64,000 bases of DNA, taken from a candidate division FCPU426 bacterium. Its GTDB lineage: Bacteria; Oederibacteriota; Muellerivitia; Muellerivitales; Muellerivitaceae. The position numbers and the translations under genes are program-made. The notes under the pieces are model-generated. The model did not search any database and was not told the DNA's origin. It saw only the letters and a program-made list of their open reading frames with translations. The stretch lies in contig CAVYSE010000028.1 of NCBI GenBank assembly GCA_963771075.1, forward strand, positions 96,001 to 160,000. The letters are read 5' to 3'. Of this stretch, positions 58,722 to 64,000 are shown in pieces (the first letter of the stretch is position 1; each line of letters starts with the position of its first letter).

Positions 58722-59566
58722 TCCGGGTTGGATTTCTGGAAATAAAAAAGATAGGAGCACAGCACAAAACCCGCCAGGGAAAAGCCGATCCAAAGGGTGA
58801 CCAAAAGATCGGTCGCGTCCCCCAGCAAGGCAGGTAGCTTTACCGAGGACAAGGCCAGGATCCCCAACAGGAACATGAGGAGGGTCGCCGCCTCCGGACT
58901 TAAAAGCGAAACCGGGTTAAAGCAAGAGATGAACCCCTTCAAGTATTTCTTGTCATTGAATTTGACCCGGGCCAACGGCAAATGGGGTGTGAGTTGGCGG
59001 ACCCGATATCCAAATAACCCGTAGGCCCCGATCAAATAAACCATCGCGAATACGATCCCGTAATCCAACCCTTCCCCCCCCTTCACGATCAGGGTGATCG
59101 CGGATAGCCCGAGGGTCGGCAGAAAAAAAGATTGAAAGAGCGAAAACAGGGTTTCCAGCTTCTGGATCTTTCTCAAGAGGCCCGGCTCCTCAATGACGAA
59201 TCCGAATCCAACGGCTCCCCAGGGGTAATAATGCCAGATGCCTTCCGGATTTTGCTGGAGGTAAAGGGAACCCAACAGTTCGAAGAGCCGGTTCGGGTTG
59301 GGAAAGGCTCCCGATGGTGGTTCAATGGGCTTGGGAAGAGATGGATCAGGGCTTGCTTCCCCCTTTTCCGGGGCGGCCAGGGGCCCGGAAGATTCCAGAG
59401 CCGCTGCTTCTGTGGCTTTTCGGGTAGCTTCTTCCGCCGCCTTTTGGGCTTCCGCCTGCTTTGATTTCCATTTGGAGAACACAAGGCCGCAATACTCACA
59501 GTCCAGCCTAGTCTCCGGCTGTTCAAAACCACAGGTTGGGCATTTCATCTGTTTTCTTTCCCTCAT
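58718..59566 (-). CDS. Zinc-ribbon membrane protein
   Basis: CPTC...CEYC at the N-terminus, then ~4 TM segments. Confidence 0.7.
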   Translation of the reverse strand: MRERKQMKCPTCGFEQPETRLDCEYCGLVFSKWKSKQAEAQKAAEEATRKATEAAALESSGPLAAPEKGEASPDPSLPKPIEPPSGAFPNPNRLFELLGSLYLQQNPEGIWHYYPWGAVGFGFVIEEPGLLRKIQKLETLFSLFQSFFLPTLGLSAITLIVKGGEGLDYGIVFAMVYLIGAYGLFGYRVRQLTPHLPLARVKFNDKKYLKGFISCFNPVSLLSPEAATLLMFLLGILALSSVKLPALLGDATDLLVTLWIGFSLAGFVLCSYLFYFQKSNPE

Positions 59567-59880
59567 TTACCCAGGGTCATGCAAAGTCCACCCGCCACCA
59601 CCAGCGCCCCGCCCCACCATCTCTCGGGAGGGATGGTTTCCTTGAAGACAAAATAGCTCAAAACTTGGGATATCACGAAAAACAAAGTGATATAAACCCC
59701 CAGAAGCCTCCCAAAGTCCCATTTGGGGAGATTCACGGTCAAGCCATACAAGAATAATACCCCCGCGCCGAGCAAAAACCCCAGGATTCTTCCGGATTTC
59801 AGTCCCCATCGCACCAAGGCATCACCCCCGCTTTCCAGCAGAGCGGCCAACGCCAAAACAATAATGACCTTTAAATCCAT
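59563..59880 (-). CDS. Small 4-TM protein (YnfA/SMR-like)
   Basis: AALLESGGDA, FGRLLGVYI..FF. Confidence 0.75.
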   Translation of the reverse strand: MDLKVIIVLALAALLESGGDALVRWGLKSGRILGFLLGAGVLFLYGLTVNLPKWDFGRLLGVYITLFFVISQVLSYFVFKETIPPERWWGGALVVAGGLCMTLGK

Positions 59881-59986
59881 GGTTTCTTCCTTTTCATTAT
59901 TAGTCTTCAAGAATCCAAACCTATTTTCCACCCCCACGATGCGCCCCCAAAAACAGTGAATCGTGGTGGTGAAAATTCGGTTTTTA

Positions 59987-61903
59987 TTACCACTTCTGGG
60001 TAGCGGTGGTTTCCCTTAGGGATAGAACAGGACAATATATTCCCTTGTCTTCCCGCTCCCACCAATCTCCGGTCGAGGCCTTTTCTTGATCGGTGGAAAA
60101 CCGGTAATCGTAAATCAGGGCTCGTACATAACGAGGTGGCCCAGTCGGAAAGGGATTATCTCCCAAGAGCTTTAACACCTCCGGCTTGCCTCGGAGCAAT
60201 GCCGTCTCCAGGTTCAGGAACCAGGGGTTCTCATTCAGGTTGCCCAGGGCCGCGAACCACAACTGCCAATCCAGTCGGGGCTGGTGGGGTGCCGACCAGT
60301 GGGGAGGAACCCGCAGGTCCCCGGGCTTGTAGCGGTAACCGTAGGCTTTCCAAACCCGGCCATCCTCGCTTCCCTCCAGAATGATCTCCGGCCGTTCAGT
60401 GGTCATGACCGCGAATAGGCCATAGCCGTTGACCGTCTCAAAAGGCGCCGCGGCGTCATAGACAGCCGCGAGTATCCAAGGCCATCGGATGGACGCCTTG
60501 AAGGAAAAGGCTATTTGCATCGTACTGAGAAGCAATACGAAAACTAAAAATACGGATTGAATCCACTTCGGCCAAGCCCAAACATCCGGTCGGGTGTTTT
60601 TTGATGCGTCATCCTGAAATAGGCGTCGAATGACGCCCGGCCAGGCAGCGTCCTCCAGGAAGAAAAGGCCCAGTCCCGCCGAAACCCAGTTGAAGAAGCA
60701 GTAATTCCCCGTCAGGGCGATCAAAACCTGCAAGGCCAACCAAAAACCGAAGGCATAGGGTTTGAACCGCCGGGGGCCCCAGAGGGCAAAAGGCACGACC
60801 AGTTCCGTGAAAAACACGAAAAGACAGGAGGCTTTCTGGAACCAAACGGGGAGGTGGTCCATGGACCAAGCGAGGGGCGTGGGTAGGGGCTGGGTATGGT
60901 AATGGAAACAGAGGGCCGTCAGGTTTTGCCAGGAAGGGTCCCCGCTGGAAAGCTTCACGACCCCAGCGCAAAAAGCGAGCCGAAAAAGGAGCCATTGGAA
61001 CAGGAAGACCAGGATGGGCGAGGGGTTGGATTTTCCAGTGAAGCCGGGTTTCCAAACCAGGGGGGATGCCAGGAAGGAAAGGAACCCCGCCTCGAGAAGG
61101 AGGATGTCCCATTGGAAATTGAGGAAATCCTGGCCCACCCTCACCAGGGAAAGGTAAAGGGCCCAAAGGAGAAATAGGCAAAGGGCCGGGGCGATATCGA
61201 TTAAAAGAAGGATCGAGCAAAGGACTCCCGCCCAGTATAGGGCGTGTAAAAAAGCGTCGCTGGTATTGAGCCAGCAAAGACTCGGAAAAGTCCAAAAACC
61301 AGCCCCACCCAGCTGGTTCTTGACTTCGGAAAGGAATTGGGAGGCGGGAAAGAGCCCCGAGCTTCCGATCAGGCCGTCCAGCTGGGAACCGAGGGAAAGG
61401 AAGGCCGCCAGGAAAGCCAGGGCCAGCATTTTGACGAAAAGCCAGCGGGAAACCTGGTAGGTAGGTGGTTCATCCGCCGGGGCCAAGCCGCAGGACCCGG
61501 CTCTGGAAAACCAGTTCCGATGGGAAGCCACGAATCCATAGGCCTTTTCGGAAACAAAGGCGAGTCCGGGAAATTGCTCATAGGCCCGGGAAAGCCAACC
61601 CCAACCCGACCGAAAGGACAGGCCCCGGAAAACCGCCTGGGCGCCCGACGAAACCTTTCCGTCCGGCTCGATCAACTGGACCGCCTTCTGAAATTGATCC
61701 TTGGAAATTTCAGGAAACAAACCCGCCGCTTCCTGGTAGGGCCGGTAATCCACCTTCTCCCCGGTGAGGAACCTCCATCGCTTGATCCAAAGCCGGCAAA
61801 ACCCGCAATCCCCGTCGTAAACCATGAGCGGTTTGGCGGGTCTGGGGGTATCGGAAAGGAGTCGGGATGGGGATGGGGGAACCAACAAATCTTTATCCTG
61901 CAT
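59987..61903 (-). CDS. Lipase maturation factor family protein with N-terminal DCC1-like (DxxCxxC) domain
   Basis: YDGDCGFC; FQWDILLLEAG, HYHTQPLP, GYGLFAVMT, PHQPRLDWQLWFAAL. Confidence 0.92.
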   Translation of the reverse strand: MQDKDLLVPPSPSRLLSDTPRPAKPLMVYDGDCGFCRLWIKRWRFLTGEKVDYRPYQEAAGLFPEISKDQFQKAVQLIEPDGKVSSGAQAVFRGLSFRSGWGWLSRAYEQFPGLAFVSEKAYGFVASHRNWFSRAGSCGLAPADEPPTYQVSRWLFVKMLALAFLAAFLSLGSQLDGLIGSSGLFPASQFLSEVKNQLGGAGFWTFPSLCWLNTSDAFLHALYWAGVLCSILLLIDIAPALCLFLLWALYLSLVRVGQDFLNFQWDILLLEAGFLSFLASPLVWKPGFTGKSNPSPILVFLFQWLLFRLAFCAGVVKLSSGDPSWQNLTALCFHYHTQPLPTPLAWSMDHLPVWFQKASCLFVFFTELVVPFALWGPRRFKPYAFGFWLALQVLIALTGNYCFFNWVSAGLGLFFLEDAAWPGVIRRLFQDDASKNTRPDVWAWPKWIQSVFLVFVLLLSTMQIAFSFKASIRWPWILAAVYDAAAPFETVNGYGLFAVMTTERPEIILEGSEDGRVWKAYGYRYKPGDLRVPPHWSAPHQPRLDWQLWFAALGNLNENPWFLNLETALLRGKPEVLKLLGDNPFPTGPPRYVRALIYDYRFSTDQEKASTGDWWEREDKGIYCPVLSLRETTATQKW

Positions 61904-62046
61904 GCTTCTTATTCTATAGGGAACATCAAGGTTGGGGGATAGGGGTGATTCTTTATTCTTGGAATAAAGGGGCATATACTTTTAACCAAGCTTGTCGGAC
62001 GTTGGGTTCCGATTTTGGTTTCAGCGCCATCGCGAGGGGAGGTTTT

Positions 62047-62910
62047 ATGGATGACCATCGCTTGATGTACTACTTCGGCAATGAACCCTATACCCGTTTC
62101 GTGATCTTCCTGGTGTTCTTTTCTTTGATGGCCCTTTGGCAGAAATCAAGCCGTTTCCGCCCCCTGTCCGTCCCGCTCAAGGAAAGGTGGCTTAGCCACC
62201 TGGGTTTGGCCTTCGTCAACCTGCTCCTGTTCCGCCTGCTGTTTTCCGGGACCGCCCTTTGGGCCGCCTATTGGGCTGCCCGGCACGGGTTAGGCCTTTT
62301 CCGCAAGGTGGAAGTTCCCTTCCTATTCTCCCTCATCTTCACGGTGGTTTTCCTGGACTGGATGGTTTACTACCTCCATCGGATGTTTCACGCCCTTCCT
62401 GTGCTATGGCGGGTCCACCGCATCCACCACACGGACCCGGACGTGGAAGTTTCCACGGGAGTCCGGTTTCATCCTTTCGAAGTGATCCTCACCATGCTTT
62501 GGAAAGCGTTTTTTATCGTCCTCCTGGGCGCCCCCTTGTCCGGTGTTTTCGTTTATGAGGTCATGGTGATGGCCGCGAACCTATTCAACCATTCCAACGC
62601 GCGCCTTCCCAAACTGTTGGAATCCTGGGTTCGTCTTTTATTCGTGACGCCCGACATGCACCGGGTGCACCATTCCCTGGACCCGCGGGAGACCAACTCT
62701 AATTTCGGTTTTATCTTCAGCTTTTGGGACAGGGCCCTGATGACCTATAGGGTCGCCCCGGAAAAAGGGCAGGAGGGTGTCCTGCTCGGGCAGGAAAACC
62801 TGAGGGCGCCCCAGGATCAAACGATCGCGAACCTGCTCAAACAACCCTTCCTAAACCCCGAGGGACAATTTAAATGGTCCAACCTTTGGGGTAAACCTTG
62901 GGTTCATTGA
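62047..62910 (+). CDS. Sterol desaturase/fatty acid hydroxylase family protein
   Basis: His boxes HRMFH, HRIHH, HRVHH; RFHPFE; NSNFG; RBS GGAGG. Confidence 0.93.
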   Translation: MDDHRLMYYFGNEPYTRFVIFLVFFSLMALWQKSSRFRPLSVPLKERWLSHLGLAFVNLLLFRLLFSGTALWAAYWAARHGLGLFRKVEVPFLFSLIFTVVFLDWMVYYLHRMFHALPVLWRVHRIHHTDPDVEVSTGVRFHPFEVILTMLWKAFFIVLLGAPLSGVFVYEVMVMAANLFNHSNARLPKLLESWVRLLFVTPDMHRVHHSLDPRETNSNFGFIFSFWDRALMTYRVAPEKGQEGVLLGQENLRAPQDQTIANLLKQPFLNPEGQFKWSNLWGKPWVH

Positions 62911-64000
62911 CCGGAAACGATAAAAGCCGGGTTGCAATAACCCCGCGTTTGCAAAAACGGCGCGGAAAGAAGATATTTGGCATTGTTCGAGATTGAATTC
63001 GTTTTAGCTTGTTCAAAAATATTCTTTTTGTCCTTCCCTGGCGCCTTTGCTTCTTCCTGTAGGATTTTAGTGTTGTTTTCTTTTTTCCCTGGAATTTCGA
63101 AATAAATCCAGGTATCCCCGACCCTCCCGGTGGGAGCCAACCCGAGAACCCAGCTTTGGGCGATTTCCCGGGTGGGGAGATAGGCCAGGGGAGCGATTTG
63201 CAGGAAGGACGCGTTCACGGCATAAGTTGTCCCTCCCTGAGGTCCTTTTAAATCTTCCTGGGTCCAGGGCTCCCAATCCAAGCCATAAACCTGCGGGTCC
63301 ACCGCCCCGTAATAGGCCAACCGCACCCTTCCCCAATTTCTTATTTTCGCTTCCCCGGCCAGCCGCTTTAAATCCTGTCCCCAATCCAGGTTGGAATCCC
63401 CGAGAAGGAACATTTTTTGTTGCGCTGGGACCCAGTCATTGAAATAGCTCAAAGCTTGTGGCGCCTGAAGGCCCACGCTTAAACCTTGCCACACGACCAG
63501 GCCCCAAGCCGCCATTTGCCAGGCCTTTTGATTTTTCCCATGATCGGCCTGGACCATCCAGGCCCAGGCCCTGCCCGCCAGGAGGAATAGGAAAGGAAAA
63601 GCGGGAAGCAGGTAGCGCACACCCAAATTGGGCGCCCCTAAAAGGGCAACGGAAAAAAGGAGGGGCGATACCCATTGCCAGCCTGGAACCAAAACTCTTT
63701 TTTTAATCGCGAGCAGGACGAAAAGACCCAGCAAGAGCAGGATAGGAATCGGTTCCTTGACGGCAAACGCGCAGGGTAAGTAAAGCCATTGGTTTTGAAA
63801 GCTTTCCCGACCCAAGAAGAAAACGGGGTGGGGGCTGGCCGCGAAAACCAGATCTTCCCTAAGTTTTTCTGCTAAGGAATTCCAGGGCCAAGGATGGTCC
63901 GGCAGGCTGAAAGTTCCCGGCAGGTATAAAAGAAAAAGGGCGCATCCCATCCCCAGCGCCACCAGGGCCCAACGCTTCCCTAAGGACCGAACCAACTTTC
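62904..64000 (-). CDS. GT-C (PMT/ArnT-like) membrane glycosyltransferase, 3' part
   Basis: GVRYLLP, LSYFN, LGDSNLDWGQDL; the frame runs off the right edge. Confidence 0.75.
   Translation of the reverse strand, partial: KLVRSLGKRWALVALGMGCALFLLYLPGTFSLPDHPWPWNSLAEKLREDLVFAASPHPVFFLGRESFQNQWLYLPCAFAVKEPIPILLLLGLFVLLAIKKRVLVPGWQWVSPLLFSVALLGAPNLGVRYLLPAFPFLFLLAGRAWAWMVQADHGKNQKAWQMAAWGLVVWQGLSVGLQAPQALSYFNDWVPAQQKMFLLGDSNLDWGQDLKRLAGEAKIRNWGRVRLAYYGAVDPQVYGLDWEPWTQEDLKGPQGGTTYAVNASFLQIAPLAYLPTREIAQSWVLGLAPTGRVGDTWIYFEIPGKKENNTKILQEEAKAPGKDKKNIFEQAKTNSISNNAKYLLSAPFLQTRGYCNPAFIVSGQ

Overview
Moderately GC-rich chromosomal window from a diderm bacterium (TonB-dependent receptor, outer-membrane beta-barrels). 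Most of it is ordinary: secreted GH8 and GH44 glycosidases, a STAND ATPase-TPR protein, a class III cyclase, SDRs, purE, ppc, sua5, an M32 carboxypeptidase, an acyl-CoA ligase, ResB/CcsA, livGF and several GT-C-like membrane proteins. Two regions stand out. (1) An accessory island at ~11.6-18.3 kb lies between two mosaic paralogues. It holds a serine-recombinase DNA-binding domain followed by three directly repeated 28-bp palindromic sites bracketing single, apparently promoterless AT-rich genes (an integron-like cassette array), and a toxin-antitoxin pair. It also holds an IS1111-type IS110 element whose bridge-RNA guides can be read from the sequence and which has a core-to-core 136-bp duplication of its donor loop and right end, remnants of REP-associated (Y1) transposase tails, and a ParB-TM-VirB8-like gene. 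(2) A chemosensory operon (cheA-cheW-TBDR-yfiR-CHASE8 MCP-cheY-cheB-cheR/cheX) embeds a TonB receptor/YfiR module; the receptor gene is interrupted by an intact IS4. I saw no rRNA, tRNA or CRISPR array. All family calls come from motif recognition by eye; no database searches were run.
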